This document shows, one piece after another, positions 27,016-35,862 of a stretch of 35,920 bases of DNA. Numbering within the stretch: position 1 is the stretch's first letter; every line of letters starts with the position of its first letter. Position numbers and translations under genes: made by a program. The notes beneath the pieces are model-generated. The model saw only the letters and a program-made list of their open reading frames with translations, was not told the origin of the DNA and ran no database searches. This stretch comes from a virus (taxonomy: Duplodnaviria > Heunggongvirae > Uroviricota > Caudoviricetes): positions 1-35,920 of IMG/VR virus record IMGVR_UViG_2529293138_000008; one strand, written 5' to 3'.

Positions 27016-29859
27016 TCAATCTTTATCGTAAAAACTGCCACGCCCGGCACGGGCTCGCCGTTCCATTTCTGCCCTGACCATTTCACCGACCAGTTTCGCC
27101 AGTTCGCGGGGATTCTGCGTAACAACGTTATGCAGATGAACATGAATTTCACCGCCAAATCCGGAGACAGCAGGCTCCCGGTTACGGGAAGTTGCAGGAA
27201 CTGATGCCACTGGCGATCGTATGGCCTCCGCCACCGGGCGGGAGCTGGCCGCAACAACAGGGACCAGCGCCGGAGGCAGCGGAGCCGGGACCACGGGGGT
27301 GATATTAATTGCGGGGACAGGCTTACTGACCTGCGCAATCTTCCGCTCCTGCCACTCCCCACGAACAGCAAGTGCGCGAGGCAGGTTCTTAAAGACAATA
27401 TCGCCGGGGCCAATGCGTTTTTTCGTCTCATCAACCAGCTTACCTGTGTTATCAGCAATTTTGCTGAGTCTGCGTAGCGTCCCGGTATTGCTGTCTGTGA
27501 GTGGTTTGTTGTCTTTGGGTTTATCACCTCCGGTGCCATTGCCATTTTCCACAGGCTTCGGCAGATTGATTTTCGCCAGGTCCCCCTGAAGCAAGGCAAC
27601 CTTGTCCTGAAGAATGGCCGCACGCTGTGCGTCTTCGATTTTCTTTCTCGCCCTTTCCGCTTCATCCGGAAGAACACCGAGTTTTTCAAGTATCCATGCC
27701 AGCGTATCCAGCAGCATTTTTGCAGGTGTCAGAACAAGTTGTAACGCACCGCCAAGAACGTTACCGAATACCTTGCCAGCACTGGTACATTTATCCAGCG
27801 TTTCCTTGCTGGACTCCATCGGTGACAGCAGCGATTTAAACCAGTTAAACACCTGGCTGATCCCACTCCCGATTGCGTCAAAAACAGGACCAAACCGTTC
27901 AAAGGTTTCGCGCAACGGGGTCAGCCTTTCCATAATCCCGCTGAACACCCCGGCAAAAAATGCCCTGATGGGATCCCAGTATTTCCAGATAAGAACGGCA
28001 GCTCCGGCAAGCGCAGCCACGATAAGACCAACCGGACTGAACAGCGCCCCGATAGCACCTCCCAGTAAAGAAACGGAACCCGTCACCATTCCCCACAGCG
28101 CAGGCAACACTCTGACGACATTCATTGACCGGGTAAGAATGTCAAAACCAAGACGCAGTTTTGCCAGCGGGCCAGCAAGCACACCAATAGCCAGCGACAA
28201 CGAGCCAACCGTTGCAGTCATTGCCAGCAGTGCACCGCCTGCAATCAGTAGCTGGCGCGTCAGTGCGGGATGGGCCTGCGCCAGCGCCGTCACCTTTGAT
28301 ACCACACGCGTGAGCCACTGCGTGACAGAACGCAGCGGACCGTCAATCAGATCTGCAATGCGGATGCGCAACCCTTCCCATGCACTGCTGAGTGATTTCA
28401 GATCGCCGTCAAGGTTGTTGGCCATAACCTTTGCCGTGCGTTCAGCCTCACCGCGCGCGCCTTCAAGTTCTTTTCTCAGTTTGGGTAAGGAGCCGTCACC
28501 TGCCGCATCAACGAGGGCCATAAATGATGTGAAAGCCTCTTCTCCGGCAATGTCCTTAAAGAACGATACCCGGTCAACTTCCCCGTATTTGCGGGTAGCT
28601 TTATAAAGGTCAGCCAGCACATCCTCCATCGGGCGCATTTTGCCCCCGGCATCCGAGACAGACACGCCAAGCTCTTTCAGCGCCTCTGCTGCCGCCTTTG
28701 GCGGTGATGCCAGACGAGCCAGGCTGGCACGCATTGCCGTACCAGCATCACTCCCCCTGATACCCATATTCGCCAGCACGCCCGCCATCGCTGCGGCCTG
28801 CTCCAGCGATATTCCCAGCTTACCCGCCACCGGACCTGCATATTTCATGGTTTCACCCAGTGCGCGAAGGTCAGTGTTGGTACGGGTAAACGCTGCGGTG
28901 AGTGTGTCGCCGACCCGGTCCATCTGGTCAGCAGAAAGGCCGAACTGCGTCAGGATATTTGAGCCAATATCCGCCGTCTCGCCGAGATCCATACCGCCAG
29001 CCGTTGCCATGCTCAGCACGCCGGGAAGCGCAGCCTGAATGGCCTGCGGAGTAAAACCAGCCATTGCAAGAAATGCCTGTCCACTGGCGGCATCGCCTGC
29101 GGTGAACTGCGTTTCAGAGCCAAGTTTTAACGCCTGCTCACGCAGCGCCTTAAACTGCGGGCTGTTCTGGTCAATTCGCGTCAGCGCCTGAACGCGGGAC
29201 ATCTCTTTCCCGAACCCGATCGCGGGCTGCAAAAAACGCCCGGCAGCATAGCCGCCCGCCGCTGCCGCACCAGTTGCCAGCGCACCACCTGTTTTCAGTT
29301 TTCCAGCGGTTTCCTGCGCGCGCGAATACCGCTCACGCGCCCGCGTTACACGCGCAAGCGCCTGCCGTTCGCGTTCAAGCTGGTTGTTGTACTGTTCGGT
29401 GCGTCTGATGGCCTGCTGGATGGTGTTATCGCTGCCTGTCAGGGAAATGCCGTGGCGTTTCAGTTCTCCGCCAAGCTCCCGCATTTTCTGAATTTCCCGT
29501 GTGCGCGATTCATTCAGGCGTTCAAGCCGGGTGCTTAACTGCTGCATCAGCTTTTGTTGTTTTTCGCTGAGCACTGTACCCGTGCGTTGTAACTGATTAA
29601 GGGCGTTAAGCTGGCGTCGTGCTTTCACGATACCCGCATCCGCTTTACTGACAGCGTCGCGGGCGCGCTCAAATGAACGCGCCTGACGCTCGAGATTTTT
29701 GATCGCCCCCTGCGTTCGCTGGATGGAGTCACCAAACTGCCCCATCAGGCGGCGTGCGTTTTCGGCAGGCCGGGTCAGCCTGTCAACGGCGCTGAAAGCG
29801 ACCCGGATATCAAGAGTCTTCATTGTCTGCATTCCCGCTGCGAAGTGCCGCCCGCTCAC
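27016..29859 (-). CDS. T: Tail tape measure protein (P2 gpT-like)
   Basis: 947-aa ORF with coiled-coil N-terminus, Gly/Ala-rich hydrophobic middle and long helical C-terminus. GTG at 29859 or ATG at 29832/29823 are all possible starts. The 330-aa plus-strand ORF at 27614..28606 is a shadow. Confidence 0.85.
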   Translation of the reverse strand: MSGRHFAAGMQTMKTLDIRVAFSAVDRLTRPAENARRLMGQFGDSIQRTQGAIKNLERQARSFERARDAVSKADAGIVKARRQLNALNQLQRTGTVLSEKQQKLMQQLSTRLERLNESRTREIQKMRELGGELKRHGISLTGSDNTIQQAIRRTEQYNNQLERERQALARVTRARERYSRAQETAGKLKTGGALATGAAAAGGYAAGRFLQPAIGFGKEMSRVQALTRIDQNSPQFKALREQALKLGSETQFTAGDAASGQAFLAMAGFTPQAIQAALPGVLSMATAGGMDLGETADIGSNILTQFGLSADQMDRVGDTLTAAFTRTNTDLRALGETMKYAGPVAGKLGISLEQAAAMAGVLANMGIRGSDAGTAMRASLARLASPPKAAAEALKELGVSVSDAGGKMRPMEDVLADLYKATRKYGEVDRVSFFKDIAGEEAFTSFMALVDAAGDGSLPKLRKELEGARGEAERTAKVMANNLDGDLKSLSSAWEGLRIRIADLIDGPLRSVTQWLTRVVSKVTALAQAHPALTRQLLIAGGALLAMTATVGSLSLAIGVLAGPLAKLRLGFDILTRSMNVVRVLPALWGMVTGSVSLLGGAIGALFSPVGLIVAALAGAAVLIWKYWDPIRAFFAGVFSGIMERLTPLRETFERFGPVFDAIGSGISQVFNWFKSLLSPMESSKETLDKCTSAGKVFGNVLGGALQLVLTPAKMLLDTLAWILEKLGVLPDEAERARKKIEDAQRAAILQDKVALLQGDLAKINLPKPVENGNGTGGDKPKDNKPLTDSNTGTLRRLSKIADNTGKLVDETKKRIGPGDIVFKNLPRALAVRGEWQERKIAQVSKPVPAINITPVVPAPLPPALVPVVAASSRPVAEAIRSPVASVPATSRNREPAVSGFGGEIHVHLHNVVTQNPRELAKLVGEMVRAEMERRARAGRGSFYDKD

Positions 29860-30339
29860 GCCAGCTAACCACTTCGCCGGGCGTCATCATGAAGATTTCG
29901 GCGGGCGACCAGTTAAAAATAACGGCAATATCTGCCACAAAGTCTTCTATGTGCTCAAAGCACACAACCGTGATCAGGCTTCCGTCGCCTGTTCGTTCTT
30001 CCCGCCAGAGTCCGCACCGCTCAAAAAATTTACGGCAACCACACATAACTGAATAAAGTCACGGGATGCCATTTTTTTGATCGTCACTTCATCCAGTCGC
30101 GGTGATGTCACGCGTGACAGCAGCGTAAACATGGATTCCGCTTTCAGATTCAGCACATCAGACAGTGACAAATCTCGCAGAGATCCAGCCTGCTCAATAG
30201 CTCCGGTGATCTCCACATACGTGATTTTTTCGCCGCCTCGCTCAATTGGTTGGGTAAGTTTTACGCCACGCTCACTGGTTTCTTTCACAGTGTCAGTAAC
30301 TACCGTATTTTCGGTATCGATGTTTTTCGTCTCTTTCAT
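29810..30339 (-). CDS. gpE+E' -1 frameshift fusion product (predicted)
   Basis: Frame arithmetic: E codons start at coordinates congruent to 0 mod 3; the 29810..30046 ORF is in the frame reached by a -1 slip. The A7 tract AAA-AAA-A (30078..30072 on the coding strand) lies in E frame as TIKKMA. E' overlaps the T start, as in P2 and lambda G/GT. Confidence 0.5.
29974..30339 (-). CDS. E: Tail assembly chaperone (P2 gpE-like)
   Basis: AGGAG SD upstream. Core region GEKITYVEITGAIEQAGSLRDLSLSDV resembles recalled gpE. Contains an A7 run at 30072-30078. Confidence 0.75.
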   Translation of the reverse strand: MKETKNIDTENTVVTDTVKETSERGVKLTQPIERGGEKITYVEITGAIEQAGSLRDLSLSDVLNLKAESMFTLLSRVTSPRLDEVTIKKMASRDFIQLCVVAVNFLSGADSGGKNEQATEA

Positions 30340-30393
30340 CAGGAAACTCCTTTCAGTCAGAGGCGACGCACTGCGCCGCCTGCATATTACTTA

Positions 30394-30906
30394 TCAGCCA
30401 AGCCCAAGCGCGGAACGGATGCGATCGGGCACAATGTCCTTGCCGTCCTTCCGGTAAATGAAGTTCAGCAGGTCAATCTCCCACAACGGGCGATCGTTAA
30501 CACTCAGCTTGTAGTAGGTGTTTTTAATGGCGTAAGTGTGTGATGTGGCTTCGCCCTGTTTGGCTTCCCCCATATCAATTTCCGTCACACGTCCGCGCAT
30601 TTCGACTTCATACAGGTCGCTTTCATCATCGGTGTAGTATTCACCCGCAAAACGCAGTAGCGTGCCGTCAATCGTGCCGCCATACTTCAGGAACAGCTCA
30701 CGAACTGCGCCCCCCATGACAAAGCTCGCATCAAGCGCGGAGTCGTCCAGACCGAGATCAATACTTACCGCACCCATCATGCCGCCCCCCCGGTAGCTGT
30801 CGGTTTTGCGCGTCAGCTTGGGCAGAGTGACGGACGTCACCTTACCTACTTCGTTTTCACCATCCACAAACAGCGTAAAAAAGCGAAGATGTTTTGGCAC
30901 AGCCAT
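30394..30906 (-). CDS. FII: Tail tube protein (P2 gpFII-like)
   Basis: 170 aa (P2 FII about 172 aa), directly downstream of the sheath gene on the same strand. Confidence 0.9.
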   Translation of the reverse strand: MAVPKHLRFFTLFVDGENEVGKVTSVTLPKLTRKTDSYRGGGMMGAVSIDLGLDDSALDASFVMGGAVRELFLKYGGTIDGTLLRFAGEYYTDDESDLYEVEMRGRVTEIDMGEAKQGEATSHTYAIKNTYYKLSVNDRPLWEIDLLNFIYRKDGKDIVPDRIRSALGLG

Positions 30907-32090
30907 CAGGCACCTCCCAGCACCGCAAATGCGGGTTCAAAGTATTCATCAGTAAACGTCTGGTAAAGCTCCATGTCTTCCAGTGGCGGAACGGGCGTAT
31001 ATTTGTAGCGAATACGCACACGCCCCTGACGTAAATCCGTGGTGCTGTTATCCACCACGTCATACCAGCACTCCGCGCCAATCAGTTTCCCGGCAGTAAC
31101 CAGTGAATCCAGTTTTGCCCTGATGGCACTGATAACATCTTTCACGTTCGCAGGCGTCAGTGGACTGTCGATGGTTTCAAACTGCGCTTCCGCAATTGAA
31201 TCAGCCAGCACCTGTGCGGTTCGGGTATACACCTCAAAGATGTAGGCATTCGTTTCCGGTGTGCGGTTGCCCCAGAAGCGGAACCCGTTGCGACGAATAA
31301 TGGTCGTGATTTCTTTGTTGTTGAGGCTGTTGGCATCACTGTCTTCGGCCTGCAACGACCAGAACACATGCCTCGACATCCCCAGCACATTTTTAACCGG
31401 AACGTTGGACAGTGATTTGTGCCAGCCCTGCTCATGGTCAATGTATGCACGAAGACCGCACGCATAGGCAGGCGCGGGGAACGTTTCGTTTTTGCCACTT
31501 TTGGGGTTGTAGGCGATGAAGTCCGGCCATAAGAGCATCACCTCACGTTCGTTGAATTTCTGGCGGTAGGTAATTGCCTCTGCCATCGTGTTACAGCCAT
31601 TACATGAGGCATACACAAACGCGCGCAGTTTACCTGCAATCACGCACAGGGATTTTGTTACAGCCTCCGTGTCCAGCTCCGGCGCGGCCAGAATACGCGG
31701 ACGGTATCCGATGCTTTCATCCTGCTCTGCAACAAGCAGCGCATACATCCCCGTATAGCTGCCGTCATCCTCAGAACCACCGATAACCAGTTGATCCTGC
31801 GTCTTACCGTCTTCTTCTTTGTGTTCAGCCACGCGAACGACGATCACCTTTGTGCTCACCTGGTCTGCGATGGCTTTAAGCGCACGATAAAGCGTCCCCG
31901 TTGTCCCGCATTTTCCCAGCACGTCATTGACGCGGGTCAGCAGTGTGGGCTTGTTCAGCGGGAACAGCTTCGCGTCCGCATCATCCGCCGTTGCCACGAT
32001 ACCGATAACGCTGGAATCAACATCGTTAATCGCTGTTACCAGGTCGGTATTTTCCGTAACACGGGCACCATGAAAACGAGTTTCACTCAT
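30906..32090 (-). CDS. FI: Tail sheath protein (P2 gpFI-like)
   Basis: 394 aa (P2 FI about 396 aa); ATG at 32090 with a GGGG-type SD. Confidence 0.9.
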   Translation of the reverse strand: MSETRFHGARVTENTDLVTAINDVDSSVIGIVATADDADAKLFPLNKPTLLTRVNDVLGKCGTTGTLYRALKAIADQVSTKVIVVRVAEHKEEDGKTQDQLVIGGSEDDGSYTGMYALLVAEQDESIGYRPRILAAPELDTEAVTKSLCVIAGKLRAFVYASCNGCNTMAEAITYRQKFNEREVMLLWPDFIAYNPKSGKNETFPAPAYACGLRAYIDHEQGWHKSLSNVPVKNVLGMSRHVFWSLQAEDSDANSLNNKEITTIIRRNGFRFWGNRTPETNAYIFEVYTRTAQVLADSIAEAQFETIDSPLTPANVKDVISAIRAKLDSLVTAGKLIGAECWYDVVDNSTTDLRQGRVRIRYKYTPVPPLEDMELYQTFTDEYFEPAFAVLGGA

Positions 32091-32247
32091 AGCTTCAGCC
32101 CCTTGTATCCGTTAAATGATTCGGCAACAATCATCACCCACCACGCGCGTAATCTCACCCCTGCGCCGTTCTCCCGCCACGGCGACAACAAAAAGCAGTA
32201 ACCCCCTCCGCACGCACATGCGACCATGCCGCACAGGGAGGGAACAG

Positions 32248-33357
32248 ATGACCGACACCACCATGCAATTGCTCAGTCAGGGCACAGACCCCGTAAAAAT
32301 GCCGGATTTTGATATTCTCGCGGAGGGTAAAACGCTGTCCGGCGTGGCAGAGCGCCTGATGAGCCTGTCGCTGACCGACAACCGGGGATTTGAGGCAGAC
32401 CAGCTCACCATCACGCTGGATGATGCGGATGGTCAGTTGCAGCTACCGCCACGGGGCGCGCGCCTGACGGTTCTCATTGGCTGGAAAGGCGAACCGCTGA
32501 CAGAAAAAGGGTCTTACATTGTTGATGAAATCGCACACGAAGGACCGCCGGACAGGCTGACTGTTTCAGCCAGAAGCGCAGATTTCCGGGATGAATTTAA
32601 CGTTAAACGTGAGGTGTCCTGGCATGATGTGACCGTTGAGCGTGTGGTATCCGCCATCGCTCATCGGTACGGTCTGAAACCGCAAATCAGCGAAATGCTG
32701 ATGGATATCGAAATCGACCACGCCGACCAGACCGAAGAAAGTGACATGTCCTTCCTTACGCGCATGGCGGAAATGCTGGGCGCAATCACTACGGTAAAAA
32801 GCGGTAATCTGTTATTCATCATGCCCGGTGGTGGCGTGAACGCACAGGGCCAGCCGTTGCCATCGTTCGCCATCACGCGCAGCAGCGGCGATCGCCATCA
32901 GTTCCGCATTGCTGACCGCGAGGCGTATACGGGGGTACGCGCTTACTGGCTTGATCTTAATTACGGGAAAAAGAAAAAAGTCAGCGTGAAACGCCGCAAA
33001 CCGCCAAAACCGAAAAAAGAGAAAAGCAGCAGCCGTGAAGGTGATTATATGGAAGGCGCGGAAGGCAATGTGTTTGTGTTACGCAAGACTTATCAGAACG
33101 AGCAGGCAGCAAGACGCGCAGCGGCGGCAAAGTGGCAACAACTACAACGCGGAGCCGCATCATTCTCCATCACGCTGGCACGTGGACGAGCAGAACTCTA
33201 CCCCGAAATGCATGGCACGGTAACAGGATTTAAAAGCGAGATTGATAATCAGGACTGGATTATTGCAAAAGCCGAGCACACCATTGATAACAGCGGCTTT
33301 ACCACGCAGCTTGAGCTTGAGGCAAAAATCCCGGAATGGATAGCAGAAACAGAGTGA
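32248..33357 (+). CDS. D: Tail protein D (P2 gpD-like)
   Basis: ORF track 32116..33357 trimmed to ATG 32248 after a gggaggg SD. LSGVAERLMSLSLTDNRGFEAD, ARSADFR, SWHD, lysine-rich linker and REGDYMEGAEGNVF align with recalled P2 gpD. Confidence 0.85.
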   Translation: MTDTTMQLLSQGTDPVKMPDFDILAEGKTLSGVAERLMSLSLTDNRGFEADQLTITLDDADGQLQLPPRGARLTVLIGWKGEPLTEKGSYIVDEIAHEGPPDRLTVSARSADFRDEFNVKREVSWHDVTVERVVSAIAHRYGLKPQISEMLMDIEIDHADQTEESDMSFLTRMAEMLGAITTVKSGNLLFIMPGGGVNAQGQPLPSFAITRSSGDRHQFRIADREAYTGVRAYWLDLNYGKKKKVSVKRRKPPKPKKEKSSSREGDYMEGAEGNVFVLRKTYQNEQAARRAAAAKWQQLQRGAASFSITLARGRAELYPEMHGTVTGFKSEIDNQDWIIAKAEHTIDNSGFTTQLELEAKIPEWIAETE

Positions 33358-33582
33358 GCAACTTAAATGTATTAACTCAGAACGGATCAACACACTCACA
33401 ACATAGAGTCAATATAGCTGCTCGCTTTGTTCCAGCAAGGATGCCTATTTCTAAGGAAAAACAGAGCAGAAACATATGGTGTTTTCCTACCTGACATCAG
33501 GGGTGGTAAGAATCATGCTTTGATAACCAATTGATAACTATTATTATATTAATCTAACACCATTGACATAGTTGAGGTTTGA

Positions 33583-35085
33583 ATGAACAAAAAGCTGTAT
33601 TTATTCCCAGACTCAAACATTTTTCTACAATGCAAGGACTTGACGCAGGTAAATTTTTCCGAGATTACTGCTTGTGATGAAGTATGTATCATTATTACAA
33701 GGCCCATTCAGCAAGAGATTGACCGCCAGAAAGGGCAAGGTAATTCCCGCCTATCCAAAAAAGCAAGGAAGGCTGCTAGCCTATTTAATCAAGTAGTTGA
33801 TTCAACTGACATGACTCTTGTTATTCGTGAACGCTCGCCGCGAGTTTTTCTTACCATGGATCTAAGCCTGAAACCATGTGAACAGTTATCTGAACAATTG
33901 GATTATCAGGAGGCCGACGATCGTTTTGTTGGTATTGCGGCAGGGTATTGCGCTGACGATCCAGATTCGGAGGTGGCAATCATTACCAATGATAGCGGTC
34001 CACGTTTTTCAGCAATAAAACATAATATAATCTGCTATAAAGTGCCTTCTTCATGGTTGCTTCCTGCTGAGCCAGATGAAAAGGATAAACAAATTAAATT
34101 GCTGGAAGCTAAGCTGAAGCAATTCACTCAGTCTATGCCCGATTTCAGCATTAAAGTAGCCGATGACGAGCAATTAAATATTGTACTTCCTTATTATACA
34201 GCTTTATCTGTATATGAAGTTGATAATTTGCTTTGTCAACTAACGGATGCATTCCCATTGGTTACAAACTTTGACAATGAACAAACTACCCCACAATCAC
34301 TAGAAAAAATCATCAAGTCATTTAGTCAACAGGAGTATTTCCCTGTATCAGCAGATGATATTTCTCTTTATAAAGAAAAACATTATCCACTTTGGAAAAA
34401 GCAGTGTGAAGAAATACTGAAAAACTGTCATACTCATATTAATCCGAAGGCAATAAAATACCCGCTGTCGTTTTTATTACAAAACACAGGTTATACTATC
34501 GCTGAACGTGCTGTGGTAACATTTACAGCAAAAGGAGATTTTCGTCTGTGTGGATTTAATTGGGAGATAATGGAAGAGCTGACTGAAAGCAAAAGGATTG
34601 ACCTACCTTCAGCCCCTACCGCCCCCAAAGGAAAATGGCGTAGTGTATGTGGCGTAACAGAAAGAATGCCTTACGCTTGGGGAGCTTTGGAAACACCGCT
34701 ATCCAGTATAATTTCAAAAGAAATTGGTCCTTTGTTATCTCTTACTCCAACAGAAAGGGATAAAAACGATTTTTATTATAAAGAAAAGAGAAATGAGCCA
34801 GTTCAAGTTGTATCGCTGGAATGCGAAGAGTGGCGTCATCAAGTCAAAGAAGAAATATTCCCGTTGTTCGTATATACAGCCAACAAACCAAAGAAAGTGA
34901 ATGGTGCAATTGAGGTGAGAGTTGATGCAAATAACCTTACCAATCCGGTCATTAAAACATTTAAATTAAAAATAACTATAGAAGAACATAGTGCATTTTC
35001 AACCATAACAGAAATGGTGCAGACATACATTCAAGAGCAGAAGAAAAGACAGAAAAGTTCTATTAGCGCACAAATCAAAACATGA
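33583..35085 (+). CDS. Stand-alone 500-aa protein with PIN-like N-terminal nuclease fold and uncharacterised C-terminal domain (cargo; candidate defence gene)
   Basis: AT-rich gene with its own sigma70-like promoter region (TTGATA ... TATATT around 33520-33560), gagg SD and downstream hairpin. N-terminal acidic residues in PIN-like spacing: LYLFPDSNIF (D), QQEID (E/D), QEADDRFVGIAAG (D), AIITNDSGP (D). C-terminal ~330 aa has no motif I recognise. Confidence 0.6.
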   Translation: MNKKLYLFPDSNIFLQCKDLTQVNFSEITACDEVCIIITRPIQQEIDRQKGQGNSRLSKKARKAASLFNQVVDSTDMTLVIRERSPRVFLTMDLSLKPCEQLSEQLDYQEADDRFVGIAAGYCADDPDSEVAIITNDSGPRFSAIKHNIICYKVPSSWLLPAEPDEKDKQIKLLEAKLKQFTQSMPDFSIKVADDEQLNIVLPYYTALSVYEVDNLLCQLTDAFPLVTNFDNEQTTPQSLEKIIKSFSQQEYFPVSADDISLYKEKHYPLWKKQCEEILKNCHTHINPKAIKYPLSFLLQNTGYTIAERAVVTFTAKGDFRLCGFNWEIMEELTESKRIDLPSAPTAPKGKWRSVCGVTERMPYAWGALETPLSSIISKEIGPLLSLTPTERDKNDFYYKEKRNEPVQVVSLECEEWRHQVKEEIFPLFVYTANKPKKVNGAIEVRVDANNLTNPVIKTFKLKITIEEHSAFSTITEMVQTYIQEQKKRQKSSISAQIKT

Positions 35086-35192
35086 GGGTGTACTCAAATA
35101 ATACAATGCTATAGTAAATCTATAAGTGCATAACTATTTCCTGATCTTTTCCCAAAATAGATGACAGGATAAAAAACATTCCAATCTTTTAC

Positions 35193-35218
35193 AGGCTTTG
35201 GATAAATCGTATCAAAGC
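35193..35218 (+). terminator. Hairpin downstream of the PIN-like gene (possible terminator)
   Basis: ggctttggata-aatcg-tatcaaagcc, followed by a T-rich stretch (tatttcttc). Confidence 0.35.
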
Positions 35219-35328
35219 CTATTTCTTCAAGAGTTAAATCACCGCTTTTCGCTCGAAACGGACTGGCTGTTGGAGTATGAGCCAGAACAACTTAGAATAG
35301 CCCCTGCACTACGTTAAGGGAGGTCGCT

Positions 35329-35589
35329 ATGTTCCGTTGTCCGCTTTGTGGCGCATCTGCCCGCATCCGTACCAGTCGTCCGGAAAATGATTCAAACACC
35401 GTGCGGCAAAAGTATTACCAGTGTAACAATCTAGAATGCGGCGTATGCTTCTCAACACTGGAAGCTTTTCATAAATTCACATCGAAACACGCCTCCGGCG
35501 TTCACTCTTCAGAAGGTATCCCGTGGCATGAGCTGCCAGCTTCACACAGGGGAAACAATCAGATGAGTTTGCCTTTGCCTCAAAATTAA
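35329..35589 (+). CDS. ogr: Ogr/Delta-family zinc-finger late-gene transcription activator
   Basis: MFRCPLCGASARIRTSR ... YYQCNNLECGVCFSTLE matches the P2 Ogr Cys4 pattern (MFHCPLCQHAAHARTSR ... YHQCQNVNCSATF, from memory). AAGGGAGG SD upstream. Confidence 0.85.
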   Translation: MFRCPLCGASARIRTSRPENDSNTVRQKYYQCNNLECGVCFSTLEAFHKFTSKHASGVHSSEGIPWHELPASHRGNNQMSLPLPQN

Positions 35590-35649
35590 CAGGCAGAATT
35601 GCCGGAGTAACAAAAAAGCGATAGATTACGCGCGGGTGCCTTTCGGCTG

Positions 35650-35862
35650 ATGGTCGGAGGGAATACCCGAAGGCCAGATGTGGAAAGGCCCCGGAAAACA
35701 TCTCTGTTTAACCGAGGCCCTAACCGCATTACCTTGACAAGTGAAAGGTTAGCGCCTCTCCGGAAAAGGAGCAAGTGCTATGTCGCAAAAATCGCTTACG
35801 GCCATCACGTTCTGTGTGACGGCAATCCTCATCATCTGGATGTTGCACGGTTCGCTGTGTGA
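35650..35862 (+). CDS. Mok-like overlapping reading frame of a hok/sok-type locus (putative)
   Basis: 70-aa ORF overlapping the hok start in a different frame, as in hok/mok/sok loci. Weak by itself. Confidence 0.35.
   Translation: MVGGNTRRPDVERPRKTSLFNRGPNRITLTSERLAPLRKRSKCYVAKIAYGHHVLCDGNPHHLDVARFAV

Noticed and set aside
27614-28606. 330-aa plus-strand ORF, and the 227-aa minus-strand ORF 27006..27689
   Set aside because: Both overlap the tape-measure gene in other frames or strands and translate to Ser/Ala/Pro/Arg-rich low-complexity sequence; treated as shadow ORFs.
32091-32247. Ogr-type late promoter box (TGT-N12-ACA) in the FI/D divergent region and upstream of O
   Set aside because: No exact match found on visual scan (only a TGATT-N7-AATCA near-palindrome at about 32117-32133); left unannotated rather than forcing a call.
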